From Candidatus Omnitrophota bacterium (lineage in GTDB: Bacteria; Ratteibacteria; UBA8468; B48-G9; JAFGKM01): a DNA stretch of 64,000 nucleotides. The position numbers and the translations under genes are program-made. Location: NCBI GenBank assembly GCA_023819375.1, contig JAMWDI010000004.1, forward strand, positions 130,190-194,189. Direction: 5' to 3'. Position 1 is the first letter of the stretch; every line of letters begins with the position of its first letter. The notes below the pieces were generated by a model, which was not told the DNA's origin, ran no database searches, and saw nothing but the letters and a program-made list of their open reading frames with translations. Below, one piece after another: positions 39,592 through 50,760 of this stretch.

Positions 39592-40620
39592 TTAGTAATT
39601 TTCTAATTTAATGGGTTTTCCTTCCTTTGCTGATTGGTCAGCTTTAAAAATTATTTTATGAGTAATTGCTGCATCTTCAAGGTCTGGAAATGGTTTTTTA
39701 TCATTTAAAATACAATCTACTAAATGGTTCACCTCTCCTTCAAAAGGATGATGTCTGACATCTCCACTGTCAGGTAGAATAGTTGGAATTGTAATATAAC
39801 CTATTTGACCAGGAAATTTTTCAGGAGCATATATGTTATTATTTCTTATAGTCCCTTTAGAACCAAATAGTTCAATATTAAAAATGTAGGGTGTTTTACA
39901 ATCAAGAGAAGAAGCAACTTTTCCAATTGTTCCATCTTCAAATTTAATTAACGTTACACTTGTAGGATCATACTCATATTCTTTAAAGTCAGGATTTTTA
40001 CTCCTTGTTGAATAAGAAAAAACTTCAACTGCTTTTTTATTCATAAACCATAATAAAGCATCTAAAGCATGACATCCTGCTGAAAGTAATGAACTACCTC
40101 CTATATCTTTTTTTACATTCCATTGGTATTGTTTATACCAAGGCCCTATTCCATGAAAGTAATCAACTTCTGCATAATAAATTTCACCAATTATTCCATC
40201 TTTTAAAAGTTTATCTATCGTCATCAAAAGAGGATTCCAATGTAAAACAAAACTTACAAGTGTTTTGACTTTATTCTTTTTTACAGCAGAAATCATTTTA
40301 TTTAAATCCTCTTCATTTAAAGCAACTGGTTTTTCAATTAATATATGCTTTTTATATTCAGCACACATTATTGTTTCTTCAGGATGTAAATTGTTTGGAG
40401 TACAAATAGAAACAATATCAATTTCTTCCTTTTCAAGCATTTCTTTTAAATCAGTATAAATTCTTGCCTTAAATCCATATTCATTCAGTTTCTTTTCTGC
40501 TGACTCTCTTGTTCTTCCACAAACAGCAACAAGTTCACAATGTGGATTTGCTATATAAGCAGACATATGTTCACCAGATACCCACCCAGTTCCAACAACT
40601 GCTACTTTTAATTTTTTCAT
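39592..40620 (-). CDS. Gfo/Idh/MocA-family NAD(P)-dependent oxidoreductase
   Basis: MKKLKVAVVGTGWVSGEHMSAY ... EKPVALN. Confidence 0.7.
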   Translation of the reverse strand: MKKLKVAVVGTGWVSGEHMSAYIANPHCELVAVCGRTRESAEKKLNEYGFKARIYTDLKEMLEKEEIDIVSICTPNNLHPEETIMCAEYKKHILIEKPVALNEEDLNKMISAVKKNKVKTLVSFVLHWNPLLMTIDKLLKDGIIGEIYYAEVDYFHGIGPWYKQYQWNVKKDIGGSSLLSAGCHALDALLWFMNKKAVEVFSYSTRSKNPDFKEYEYDPTSVTLIKFEDGTIGKVASSLDCKTPYIFNIELFGSKGTIRNNNIYAPEKFPGQIGYITIPTILPDSGDVRHHPFEGEVNHLVDCILNDKKPFPDLEDAAITHKIIFKADQSAKEGKPIKLENY

Positions 40621-42590
40621 TTTGTTCCTCCTTTTTGTAAAATTGATTTAATAAATTCTTCAATTACTTTATATTTCCAATCTTCTATCCAGGATGGAGA
40701 ACTTGGTGAAATATAAAGTTTTGTGAAAATCCATAAAGCACCTGCTTCCTCATATGAAATTTTAAAAGCATCTTTTAAGTATCTTTCAGTAGGTCTATTT
40801 TCAATCCATGATGGGTGTGGAGTTAAATAAATGCATGGAATAATTATTTTATCAGGACATAACTTATAATATTGATTTATTTCTAAATGTAATGAATTAG
40901 AGGAAACCCCACAATCAGGAGTAAGACGGAAACTATGTTGATAACCCCAGAGAATTACGTCAAAATAAGGTAAATATCCTTTTTTTACAAAATTTTCCAA
41001 GTGTTCATAGTAAACGCATACACCAAACTTTAAATCTGGATTTATACTTTTTATTTTCTCATAAATTTTTTTTGTATAATCAAGTGTAAAGAAATTTAAA
41101 TTTGCATCAAAATCATCTATCATTAAAATTTTTAAATTTTTTAATTCTGTAGATATTTTTGAAATTTCTTCAACCCATTTTACATAATCCATATCATAAG
41201 GAGGATATTTTCTTTCACTAATAGGTTTATACCTATTTATTGGTGCTTCACTTGGTGGAACAAGATAAACTATAACATTTATTCCTTCTTTTTCTCCTCT
41301 TCTACAAAATTCAGGTAATGCTTTTAAAACTTTTTCAGAATTTACTTGTATAACATATCCATACCATTTTATCCCTAAATTTTTAACTCTCATAATAATT
41401 TTTTCAATTTCAGGTTCACCATTTTGATTAAATTCCATACCTCCATATAATACAACCATCTCTTCAAAAGATAGTTTTTGCATTCTTTCTTTTTTTATCT
41501 TAATATTTTCTTGCTTTACTTTATCAATGTCTTCAACTTTTATCTTTCTTTTTATAAATAGTGTTCCATCAAGATATCCTTCAACTGTATAGTCTCCTGG
41601 TTTTGTTGGCGAAAAAGATATTTTAATTTCTTTTCTTTTATCACCCACATTTAAATTTATCTCTTTTTCTTTTTTTTCAATTATATTTTCCCCCTCTTTC
41701 AATAAAAAAATAGGATTTTTCTTTTCCTCTTTCTTCAAAATTTCACTGGATATAAGAAAATAAGAAAGTTCTATATTTTCATTTTTGCTGTATACTGTGG
41801 AAAACTCATTTTCTTTTAAAATAAACACTATGGGTATGCTTTCATTGTCAACATTTACAGTTTTTAAAGTAGGTAAGTTCCTTCCCTCTTTTGCCAAATT
41901 ATATTTTTCCTTAATTTCATCTTCTTTTAAAGGTCTTAAATAAATTTTAATTTCGTCTATAATACCTTTAAATGGCCAACCCATCCTAATTCCTTCTCCA
42001 TAACAACCTATTTTTATATCTGCAAAATTATTTCCAACAAGACCCTTTTCACATTTTCCTTTAGCCATTAATTGACCATCTACATATAAAAGTAGATCTT
42101 CTCCATCTCTAACAGCAACTATGTAATGCCATTGACCGTCTGCTATATCAATCCCTTTAATTATAGTTCTTTTATTTTCAATATAATTTCCAAATTGAAT
42201 AACTCCTTCATAATATCCAATCCACCATGCTGATTCTTCTCCAGAACCTGTCCATTTAGAAATATATATTTGTGAATCTTTACTTGTATGCTTTGTCCAA
42301 AACTCTATAGAATAATCACCTGAGAAACCCAATCCAATCTTATTGCTTTCTTTACAGAATAAATAACCATTTCCTTCAAGCAAGATACCATTTCCAATAA
42401 TACCTTTTGTTTTCTTTACTTTACCATAAATAGTTAAATGATTACCTTCGCCTGAATAATCATTGACTATTCCTTCCCCTTCGTCAAAACTCCAAAATGC
42501 AACAAGTTTCCTTTCAGGTATATTATCTGAATATGAAAAAAGCAATATGAGTAAAAAAATAAAAATTAATTTTTTAAAATTCATAACCAC
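40617..42590 (-). CDS. Secreted LamG-lectin plus glycoside-hydrolase-like TIM-barrel two-domain protein
   Basis: Signal peptide. FSGDYSIEFWTK ... GQWHYIVAVRDGEDLLLYVDGQLMAKG is LamG. C-terminal KNLGIKWYGYVIQ ... ILMIDDFD is GH-like. Confidence 0.55.
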   Translation of the reverse strand: MVMNFKKLIFIFLLILLFSYSDNIPERKLVAFWSFDEGEGIVNDYSGEGNHLTIYGKVKKTKGIIGNGILLEGNGYLFCKESNKIGLGFSGDYSIEFWTKHTSKDSQIYISKWTGSGEESAWWIGYYEGVIQFGNYIENKRTIIKGIDIADGQWHYIVAVRDGEDLLLYVDGQLMAKGKCEKGLVGNNFADIKIGCYGEGIRMGWPFKGIIDEIKIYLRPLKEDEIKEKYNLAKEGRNLPTLKTVNVDNESIPIVFILKENEFSTVYSKNENIELSYFLISSEILKKEEKKNPIFLLKEGENIIEKKEKEINLNVGDKRKEIKISFSPTKPGDYTVEGYLDGTLFIKRKIKVEDIDKVKQENIKIKKERMQKLSFEEMVVLYGGMEFNQNGEPEIEKIIMRVKNLGIKWYGYVIQVNSEKVLKALPEFCRRGEKEGINVIVYLVPPSEAPINRYKPISERKYPPYDMDYVKWVEEISKISTELKNLKILMIDDFDANLNFFTLDYTKKIYEKIKSINPDLKFGVCVYYEHLENFVKKGYLPYFDVILWGYQHSFRLTPDCGVSSNSLHLEINQYYKLCPDKIIIPCIYLTPHPSWIENRPTERYLKDAFKISYEEAGALWIFTKLYISPSSPSWIEDWKYKVIEEFIKSILQKGGTK

Positions 42591-43827
42591 CCCCTTTTAG
42601 GTTCTTTAAAATTTCCTTAAAACTGTCAATCAGGACTTCTCCAACATTCTCTTTAAATGGGAAAAATGTTGTGAATAAAGGAGCAATTGTTGATGCATAT
42701 CTTTTTTCTTTAAAATCTTCTTCGTCAGGAATATAACCAACATAATCATTTGAGTATCCAAAAAGAAAGTTATATTTAGAAAAAGACAATTTTTTTAATT
42801 CTAAACCAAATATTGTAAAAATTTCCCCAGGAGCAACAAAAAATGAACAAATATCGCTAAAACAAATAAATTGTATCTCTGTTGGTAAAAAATCTCTGCA
42901 ATTTTTATCAATTTTGTACAGAGTGATTTTTTTCCATTTTGGGAGAAATTTATCCCAATTTCTATATTCTTTTTCTCTAAATTCATTATAAAATTCCTCA
43001 ACATCTTTTTTTGTAGGAATTTTTAAAGGTAAATTTATAATTTCAGTCATATTTTTAATCTTTAAATTGTCTTTATATTCCAGTTTATTTATTACTTTTA
43101 AAATTTCCTCACCTACTTTTTCTCCATAAAATTTTGCCTTTTCAAAATCTCTTTGCCATCCCTCTTTTATATTTATATCTCCACAAAATCCTTGAAAGAA
43201 AATACTCTCACAATTTAAATCATTTTTTATTTTTTCGTTTGTATAAAATGGCCAATCACAAGTAAAAAGTCTATTTTCATGACTTAAACTTATACAGTGA
43301 GCATTATAGTTGTATAAAAATATCTTTTCTTTTTTATTTTCAAAAAACATAATTCTTAAACTTTTATCATAAGGTCCATTTTGTTTTGTTCTGTTATAAG
43401 CAATATCTACTTCTGTTTCTATAAACCCAATTTTTCCTTCTGAAGAATTTAATTTTGCATTAACAGCACTTTTCAATATTTTTTCTTCAAGGACAACCAT
43501 ATATCTTCTACTTATTTTTCCAAGGCCTTCAAGATATAAAGTTGCAGGGCCTGAATGTGTATGAGTGGATGAAATTGTTATATTCTGGGAAGATATGCCT
43601 ATGTTGTTAGAAATTTTTTCTTTTATTCTAACAATATTTTCTCTATTTATTCCTATTAAGTCACAGGAGATAAGTAAAATCTCATTTTCTCCATCATTTA
43701 AATATATACTTTTAGCATAAAGTGGGTCATGAATTCCTTCAGATTTTCTATTTAAATAAAAGCCATAACCACCCAGTTCAACACTAAATTTGGGAGTAAT
43801 ATCAATTTTACTATAACCTATTTTCAT
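42574..43827 (-). CDS. Neutral/alkaline ceramidase-like N-terminal-domain hydrolase with no signal peptide
   Basis: KIDITPKFSVELGGYG ... DPLYAKSIYLNDGENEILLISCDLIG ... ISSTHTHSGP. Confidence 0.5.
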   Translation of the reverse strand: MKIGYSKIDITPKFSVELGGYGFYLNRKSEGIHDPLYAKSIYLNDGENEILLISCDLIGINRENIVRIKEKISNNIGISSQNITISSTHTHSGPATLYLEGLGKISRRYMVVLEEKILKSAVNAKLNSSEGKIGFIETEVDIAYNRTKQNGPYDKSLRIMFFENKKEKIFLYNYNAHCISLSHENRLFTCDWPFYTNEKIKNDLNCESIFFQGFCGDINIKEGWQRDFEKAKFYGEKVGEEILKVINKLEYKDNLKIKNMTEIINLPLKIPTKKDVEEFYNEFREKEYRNWDKFLPKWKKITLYKIDKNCRDFLPTEIQFICFSDICSFFVAPGEIFTIFGLELKKLSFSKYNFLFGYSNDYVGYIPDEEDFKEKRYASTIAPLFTTFFPFKENVGEVLIDSFKEILKNLKGGGYEF

Positions 43828-45107
43828 TTCAATTCATCTATATTTTTTCTTAATTTGTAAAAACCTTCTGCTATATCTTCCATGTCTTTTTTTGTTCCGA
43901 GAAGCAACCTATGAACAATCCATATTGTTCTTCCTTTACAAACTTCTTCTACATTTTTACATGTTTCTTTAAACTTTTCATAATCAATTGGATTTTTTCT
44001 GCCTTTCATAAATGGAGAGTCACTTGAAAAATCAAGATTTTTAAATAATGGGTTATGATAAAGAGGATATAAATAACCAGATGATAAAGGGATTCCTTCT
44101 GCTTCCATTGCTTTTAATATTTTTTCAAGTGGAATATTATCCCATTCTTCAGGGAAATACCTTAAAATTGCAAGATGATGAGAGAATGTCTTTTGTTTTG
44201 GATTTAGTTTTATAGGTTTTATTCCAGGAAGGTCTTTTAATAATTCAACAAGATAGTTGTAATTTTTCATTCTTATCTCTGTTTGTTTTTTCAATCTCTT
44301 TAATTGAGTAAGTAATAATGCTCCTTGGAATTCACTCATCCTTAAATTCCATCCCAATCTTACATGTTCATACCATAAGCCATTTTTTTCTCTTCCATAA
44401 TGTCTTAAAGACCAAGAAAGTTCTGCAAGTTTGTCGTCATTTGTTGTTATTGCTCCTCCTTCTCCTGCAGTTAAATTTTTTGACTGTTGGAAACTAAAAA
44501 TTCCCATATCTCCAATTCCACCTGCACTTCTTCCGTCTTTATAAAATACATAATGTGCATGTGCTGCATCTTCAATTACTTTCAAATTATACTTTTTGCT
44601 TATCTCCATTATCTTATCCATATCTGGCATATTGCCACTAAAATGTACAGGTATAATTGCTTTTGTCCTTTCTGTTATTGCTTCCTCAATTTTATTTGCA
44701 TCTATTTGATATGTTTCAGGATCAATATCAACAAAAACAGGTAAAGCATAATGATTTAAGACACACATAACAGTTGCAATAAATGTATAAGGAGTTGTTA
44801 TTACTTCATCTCCAGGGCCAATCCCAAGTGCACGAACACATATTTCAAGAGCAGAAGAACCACTATTTACAGCAATACAATGTTTTACTTTTTGAACTTC
44901 TGCAAATTTCCTTTCAAATTTTTCAACATATGATAATCCTTTAACTTTTCCTGAAGCAAATTCTATTGGAGAATATGCATACATCCACCATTTTCCACTT
45001 CTTAAGACTTTCAAAATTTCTCTTTCTTCTTCTTTTCCAAATATAGGCCAACCTGGAAATGGTTTTTTTCTTACTGGTTTCCCTCCATTTATCGCAAGTT
45101 TAGCCAT
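43824..45107 (-). CDS. DegT/DnrJ/EryC1/StrS-family PLP-dependent aminotransferase
   Basis: AVNSGSSALEICVRALGIGPGDEVITTPYTFIATV ... SFQQSKNL (PLP Lys). Confidence 0.7.
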   Translation of the reverse strand: MAKLAINGGKPVRKKPFPGWPIFGKEEEREILKVLRSGKWWMYAYSPIEFASGKVKGLSYVEKFERKFAEVQKVKHCIAVNSGSSALEICVRALGIGPGDEVITTPYTFIATVMCVLNHYALPVFVDIDPETYQIDANKIEEAITERTKAIIPVHFSGNMPDMDKIMEISKKYNLKVIEDAAHAHYVFYKDGRSAGGIGDMGIFSFQQSKNLTAGEGGAITTNDDKLAELSWSLRHYGREKNGLWYEHVRLGWNLRMSEFQGALLLTQLKRLKKQTEIRMKNYNYLVELLKDLPGIKPIKLNPKQKTFSHHLAILRYFPEEWDNIPLEKILKAMEAEGIPLSSGYLYPLYHNPLFKNLDFSSDSPFMKGRKNPIDYEKFKETCKNVEEVCKGRTIWIVHRLLLGTKKDMEDIAEGFYKLRKNIDELK

Positions 45108-45124
45108 ACTTATTCCTCCTTTTT

Positions 45125-46087
45125 TTATAATCTTTCGTAATAGATCTTTTCAATAAGTTCCATAGTTTTTAGAGCATCAGTAAGATTTGTTAAAGGTTGT
45201 TTCTTTTGTTTTAAACAATCAATAAAATGTCGATTTTCATTATAGAAGCCTGCAATTTTATAAAAATCAGTACTTCCAACAATTTCTTCACTTTTTAAAG
45301 ATATACATTCTTCTTTGCCATTCATAAAAATAGTTGCAATTTTTTCTGGTTCAACATATGCAGTTATGCCTTTGGCATGAAGTTCTATACTGAAAATTCT
45401 TTTTCCTCCTATATAATTAGAAACTAAAAGACCTGTTGCTCCTGATTCAAATTCTAAAATTGCGTTGAAATTATTTTCATAATTTTTGTACCATTTTTTA
45501 ATTAATGAAGAAACTTTTTTTACTTCTCCTCCTATCCATCTTAAACAATCTACTGCATGAATTATGTCACTTGTTAAAAGATCAATAGCACCTCTAAAAT
45601 ATGGTGTCTCATCGTTAAAAAATTTTATAAAACGAACAATACATAAAATTACAGGGCCATTTCTTTCAACCAATTCCTTCACTTTAAGAGTTAATGGGCT
45701 AAATCTTCTTTGGAAACCTACCATAGTAATACATCCAAATTTTTCAGATTTTAAAGCCATCTGTCTTGTTTGTTCTTTACATATTCCAGGGGGTTTTTCA
45801 ATAAAAATATTTAATTTTCTTTCTAAACAATCTATTGCAGGATCAAAAATAATGTGGGGAGGTAAAGCAATGTAGACTGCATCTAGTGCTAATTTTTCTA
45901 TCATTTCTTTATAATTATTAAAAGTATTTACAATTTTATATTTTTCTTTTATCTCTACAAGTTTGTTTTCATCAATATCACAAACTCCACATATTTCAAC
46001 ATCTTCAAAAGACGATAAAGATGGCAAATGTGCTAATTTTACAATGTTACCACACCCTATAATTCCAATTTTGACTTTGTTATTCAT
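45125..46087 (-). CDS. Gfo/Idh/MocA-family oxidoreductase
   Basis: MNNKVKIGIIGCGNIVKLAHLPSL ... EKPPG. Confidence 0.65.
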   Translation of the reverse strand: MNNKVKIGIIGCGNIVKLAHLPSLSSFEDVEICGVCDIDENKLVEIKEKYKIVNTFNNYKEMIEKLALDAVYIALPPHIIFDPAIDCLERKLNIFIEKPPGICKEQTRQMALKSEKFGCITMVGFQRRFSPLTLKVKELVERNGPVILCIVRFIKFFNDETPYFRGAIDLLTSDIIHAVDCLRWIGGEVKKVSSLIKKWYKNYENNFNAILEFESGATGLLVSNYIGGKRIFSIELHAKGITAYVEPEKIATIFMNGKEECISLKSEEIVGSTDFYKIAGFYNENRHFIDCLKQKKQPLTNLTDALKTMELIEKIYYERL

Positions 46088-46088
46088 C

Positions 46089-46841
46089 CTAAAAAGTAAA
46101 AACTTTCATATTAACAGTTATTCCATAATTTACACCAGGATTTAAACTTCCACTTGCATTTCTTGAACCCTTTAGACACGCCCTTAATCTTGATGGCTCA
46201 CATGCTTCTACATGTCCATCTGAAAAGAGTGTGTTACACTTTCCCATATGTCTAAAATGAAATGTGTGATAATCTACAGGAGATGAAGTATCAAATACAT
46301 AATTTAAACATAATCCATATTGGCTATTTCTTGAAAGATAAAGTGAATCAGCAAGAAGAATAAAATTTGATGGTTTTGTAATTTTTGGGAAATAAATATA
46401 AAATACATATCCTCCTGGAACAGGACGCATATAAAATGTCCCAACATCATCAGGTGGGGCTGTTATACTTGAAACATATTGATTTACTCCATAAACATAT
46501 TGCCATCCCTTGTAAACTTTTGGCTCAGCAGATGGACAGACTAATATTGTAGGTTTACCTACTTTAGGTTCAGGAAGATAAGAACTTATAGGTCCTGTTA
46601 ACCATATATTCCAATATTGAATAGGTGAACTTCTGTAAACAGTCCAGTATCCATCGTAATCGTTTGCATACATTAAAATTGCTTGTCCTATTTGCTTTAA
46701 GTTATTGAAGCATACTGCCTGTCTTGCTCTTTCACGTGCTTTTGATAAAGCAGGTAGCAACATCGCTGCTAAAATTGCTATGATTGCCACCACAACAAGC
46801 AACTCTATTAATGTAAAACCTCTTCTTTTCATTTTTATCAC
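46089..46841 (-). CDS. Prepilin-type DUF1559 (H-x9-DG) protein
   Basis: [38 protein letters not shown] ... [19 protein letters not shown]. Confidence 0.75.
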   Translation of the reverse strand: MIKMKRRGFTLIELLVVVAIIAILAAMLLPALSKARERARQAVCFNNLKQIGQAILMYANDYDGYWTVYRSSPIQYWNIWLTGPISSYLPEPKVGKPTILVCPSAEPKVYKGWQYVYGVNQYVSSITAPPDDVGTFYMRPVPGGYVFYIYFPKITKPSNFILLADSLYLSRNSQYGLCLNYVFDTSSPVDYHTFHFRHMGKCNTLFSDGHVEACEPSRLRACLKGSRNASGSLNPGVNYGITVNMKVFTF

Positions 46842-46886
46842 CCCCCTTTCTTATTTTATTTTTTATTTCTAAACAATACCTTTCCA

Positions 46887-48080
46887 TTATTCTTCACCTC
46901 CTTTTATTATTCGGTTTTTAAATATGTCTGCAATACATAAATTTGTCCCTTTTAAGATTCCTTCATTTTCATCAATATTAGAAAATTCAATTTTTAAATC
47001 TTCAAGAAGTAGTGGTAATGCCTCTTTTAATATTGAATTTTTAATTATTGAAAGAAGGAAATCACCTGCTTTTATAAGAGGACCACCAAAAACAATTACA
47101 TCAGGATTAAAAATGTTGACTAACATTGCGCTCACTTTTCCTATATACTTTCCAGCATTTTCTATTACTTCAATACACAATTTATCTCTTCTATTTATGC
47201 ATTCCACTATATCTTCAATTTTTATTTTCTCTATATTGCCATTTACAATCTTTTCTATCTCTGAATGAACCCCCTCTTTTAAGCCATTTTTTATTTTTTC
47301 AATTATAGAACTTATGTTTGCAAATTTCTCAAGACATCCATAATTCCCACAATAACATCTCTCCCCATCTTTTTCTACAATTATATGTCCTATTTCTCCA
47401 CAGTTTCCACTACTTCCATAAAATATTTTTCCATTTAGAATTATTCCAAGTCCAATTCCTTCTCCAAGATATATGTATAGAAGATTTTTTGTATTTTCAT
47501 TTTTCCTTATTTCAAATTCCATCCTTGCAAGAACATCAGGATTATCAAAAAGAAAAATATCTTTTTTAAATTCTTCTTCTAAAATTTTTCTCAAATTAAT
47601 TCTTTCCCATTTTTTCCAACCACATAATCCTAAAACTTCCCCTGTTTTTATATCTATGGCTCCAAGTAAAGATATTCCTATATTTTTCCATTTCGCTTCA
47701 TCTAATTTAGAATTTTCTTTTAAGTTTTTTATAAATGATATCATTCTTGAAATAAAAAGTTCCTCATCCTTTTCTGAAAATTCTTTATCCTCTTTGAAAA
47801 TTATTTTATTCCCATAATTTGTCACTCCACCTATTATTTTATTTCCATCATAAGATATAATTATTGAATGATAAAAGTCTGGATTTATTCTGTAAAAACT
47901 TAGTCTTCTTCCTCTCCCTCTGATAATTTTTCCGTCTTTTACAATTTTCCCTTCATTAATTAGAATTTTTATAATTTTGCTAACTGTTATATTTCCAATA
48001 CCTGATTTTTCTACAATTTCTTTTCTTGATAAAGGTTCTTTTTCTAAAATTAATTTTAAAATTAAATTTTTTTTCTTCAT
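46887..48080 (-). CDS. ROK-family transcriptional regulator (NagC/XylR-like)
   Basis: N-terminal HTH LSRKEIVEKSGIGNITVSKIIKIL. ROK Zn motif GHIIVE...CYCGNYGCLE. Confidence 0.65.
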   Translation of the reverse strand: MKKKNLILKLILEKEPLSRKEIVEKSGIGNITVSKIIKILINEGKIVKDGKIIRGRGRRLSFYRINPDFYHSIIISYDGNKIIGGVTNYGNKIIFKEDKEFSEKDEELFISRMISFIKNLKENSKLDEAKWKNIGISLLGAIDIKTGEVLGLCGWKKWERINLRKILEEEFKKDIFLFDNPDVLARMEFEIRKNENTKNLLYIYLGEGIGLGIILNGKIFYGSSGNCGEIGHIIVEKDGERCYCGNYGCLEKFANISSIIEKIKNGLKEGVHSEIEKIVNGNIEKIKIEDIVECINRRDKLCIEVIENAGKYIGKVSAMLVNIFNPDVIVFGGPLIKAGDFLLSIIKNSILKEALPLLLEDLKIEFSNIDENEGILKGTNLCIADIFKNRIIKGGEE

Positions 48081-48395
48081 TTTTCTTTTCTTTTTTTATA
48101 TTTTTAAACATAATTTTATTTTTGTCAAATTTTTTTATTTCAAAAGTAAAATGTTTTGCATTTTTTTTGTTTAAAATATGTAAAAATGTTTAAGAATTAA
48201 ATAAAATTTCAAAATAACAATTTTTTATTTTATAAAGGTTAACAAGAGCAGCATGTAAAGGAAGAATTTAAAAATTTTACTTTATAGGTCTAATAAGTTG
48301 GTTAATTTGTTAGTAGTGGTTTATTAATAAAATTGATTTAATCACAGAAAAAAACTGGAAGTGTACTTTTCTGGATTTAAAATTTAGTTCTTAAT

Positions 48396-49631
48396 TCATG
48401 CGTTTATTCCTGCAACATAACCAGTAGAAAAACACATTTGTAAATTGTAACCGCCTGTTTTCCCATCTACATCTATTACTTCACCTGCAAAATAAATATT
48501 ATTTACAATTTTAGATTCCATAGTTTTTGGATTTATTTCGTCAACACAAATTCCTCCTCTTGTAACCATACTATCATAAAAAGGACGTGGTTTTTTTACT
48601 GTTAATTGGAAATTTAGAAGTTTTTCTATAATTATATTTCTCTCCTGTTTTGTTAACTGATTGACTTTCTTATATGGATCAAGTGATGCTAAAAGTAAAA
48701 ATTCATAAATTAAACCAGATGGCAAAAGATTTTTCATAAAATTTTTTAAAATTTTGTTTTGATTTTCTTTTATTTCTTTTTGTAATCTTTTATCAAGAAT
48801 TTCTTTATTTAAGGCAGGTTTGAAATTTATTATTAATTTTATCTCGCCTTTTTCAAAGTTTTCAGAAATGTCTCCACTTATATTTAAAATTGCAGGTCCA
48901 CTTACTCCATAATGAGTAAACAAAACTTCTCCAAATTCTTCTCCTATTTTTTTATTACTTAAAAAAGCACTTACTTTTACATTTTTTAAAGTTATTCCTT
49001 GCCAATTTTTTAAGAATTTTTCTTTAATTTCAATTCCACATAAAGCAGGACATGGTTTTATAATTTTATGACCAAACTTTTCAGCAAAAATAAAACCATC
49101 TCCTTCAGAGCCAGTTTTAGGAAAACTTTTACCCCCTGTGGCAATAACAATTTTCTTACTTTTTAGAATTCTTTTGTCAGTAATAACCTTAAACTCATCC
49201 TTTAAATTTTCAATATCAATGACTTTCTCTTTCAAAAAAAGTTTAACTTTGTTTCTATCTAACATTTTTCTTATTGTTTTGACTACATCTTCTGCGTTTT
49301 CACTTTCTGGATAAACTCTTTTGCCTGTATCAATTTTTAATTTAAGACCATTTTTTTCAAAAAACTCATAAAGGTCTTGATTAGAAAACTGATAAAAGAC
49401 ATTTATTAAAAATTTTCCATTTTTATATTTTGAAAGATATTCATCATTTATTTCATTCATATTTGTTAAGTTGCATTTTCCTTTGCCTGTTAAAAGTAGT
49501 TTTTTACATATTTGATTATTTTTATCAATTATTGCAGTTTTTCTTTTTCTTTCAGATGAAAAAATACCTGCAAAACTTCCTGCTGGTCCCCCTCCAACTA
49601 TAACTACATCAAATTCTTCAATGTTATTCAT
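48396..49631 (-). CDS. HI0933-family (BaiN / aminoacetone-oxidase-like) NAD(FAD)-utilising flavoprotein
   Basis: FDVVIVGGGPAGSFAG ... LLTGKGKCNLTN. Confidence 0.7.
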   Translation of the reverse strand: MNNIEEFDVVIVGGGPAGSFAGIFSSERKRKTAIIDKNNQICKKLLLTGKGKCNLTNMNEINDEYLSKYKNGKFLINVFYQFSNQDLYEFFEKNGLKLKIDTGKRVYPESENAEDVVKTIRKMLDRNKVKLFLKEKVIDIENLKDEFKVITDKRILKSKKIVIATGGKSFPKTGSEGDGFIFAEKFGHKIIKPCPALCGIEIKEKFLKNWQGITLKNVKVSAFLSNKKIGEEFGEVLFTHYGVSGPAILNISGDISENFEKGEIKLIINFKPALNKEILDKRLQKEIKENQNKILKNFMKNLLPSGLIYEFLLLASLDPYKKVNQLTKQERNIIIEKLLNFQLTVKKPRPFYDSMVTRGGICVDEINPKTMESKIVNNIYFAGEVIDVDGKTGGYNLQMCFSTGYVAGINA

Positions 49632-50560
49632 TTTCGCCTGTAATATTTTTCTTTTTTATATATAACTTCAACAATATCACCTCTATTAATTAGATTTTTA
49701 AGCACGTCAAAAGAACCGCCATTTTCATTTAGAAATTTTTTAATTTCATTTTCGCTCATAGGATGAACAGATATAATACTTAAAATATCCTTAATTAAAT
49801 CGCCGGTGAAACCAAATTTACCTCCTTTTTTTTCTTCAATAATTTTCACATTTAAGTTCATACTTTTAAGAATAATATAAGCAAGATCAATTTTTTCTTT
49901 TTCAGGTATTTCTACCCATTTTTCTGCCGGTGGTCTTGTTGGATAACCAATATAGGCAATTACTGGTTTTATCTTTTTTAAGAATATCCCTATTTTTTCT
50001 ATCTCTTCTTTCTTATCATTTATTTTTTTTACTAACAGAGTCTCTGTTAATAACTCACCTTTAAATTCCTTTGCAAAAATTTCAATCCCTTTCAGTATAT
50101 TTTCAAATTTAATATTTGAAATTGGTCTATTTATTTTTTTCCAAGTTGTTTTATTAACTGTATCTATCTTTAATGATACACAATCTGCTTTTTTTAAATC
50201 ATTTCTTACATCTTCTCTCCATATCAAAGAAGCATTTGTAATAACAGCAATTTTAATCCCAAAATCTTTTAAAACTTCTATTTCTTCTCCAAGGTTTACG
50301 TCAAGAGTTGGTTCACCATCAGGAACAAAAGAAATATAATCAATTTTTTTGTCTTTTAAGTTTTCAATTGCTTCCTTTACTTGTCTTTTTATTTCTTCAG
50401 GTTTATAAAATTCTTTTCTTTCCTTATAATAAAATTCAGTTTTTCCAATTTGACAGTAAATACAGGAATAACTACATTTTTTAGGGAAAGAAATATTGTT
50501 AATTCCTAAACTTTGTCCAAAACGTCTTGAAGGCACAGGGCCAAAAACTATTCTTTCCAT
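49628..50560 (-). CDS. Radical SAM protein of unknown function
   Basis: FGPVPSRRFGQSLGINNIS ... CSYSCIYCQ is a CxxxCxxC motif. Confidence 0.65.
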   Translation of the reverse strand: MERIVFGPVPSRRFGQSLGINNISFPKKCSYSCIYCQIGKTEFYYKERKEFYKPEEIKRQVKEAIENLKDKKIDYISFVPDGEPTLDVNLGEEIEVLKDFGIKIAVITNASLIWREDVRNDLKKADCVSLKIDTVNKTTWKKINRPISNIKFENILKGIEIFAKEFKGELLTETLLVKKINDKKEEIEKIGIFLKKIKPVIAYIGYPTRPPAEKWVEIPEKEKIDLAYIILKSMNLNVKIIEEKKGGKFGFTGDLIKDILSIISVHPMSENEIKKFLNENGGSFDVLKNLINRGDIVEVIYKKEKYYRRK

Positions 50561-50760
50561 ATAAAAAATTATACTTCTTTTTTATATTTTGACGAATGTT
50601 TATAAAGTTTTTCATATATGTTCAGGATTTTGAAGATAATCTGTCTGGAAAGAATTAATCATTGCAAGGAAAGAAATATAGAAGATGACTTAAATGAATT
50701 ACAAAGGAGAGGGCAAATAGATGTGAAAAAATTGTTTAGAATTCTTTATAATATCAAATT

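Noticed and set aside
48081-48395. 315-nt intergenic region as a possible ncRNA or terminator
   Set aside because: AT-rich with promoter-like boxes for the ROK gene but no GC-rich stem-loop. No conserved riboswitch-like structure is recognisable by eye.
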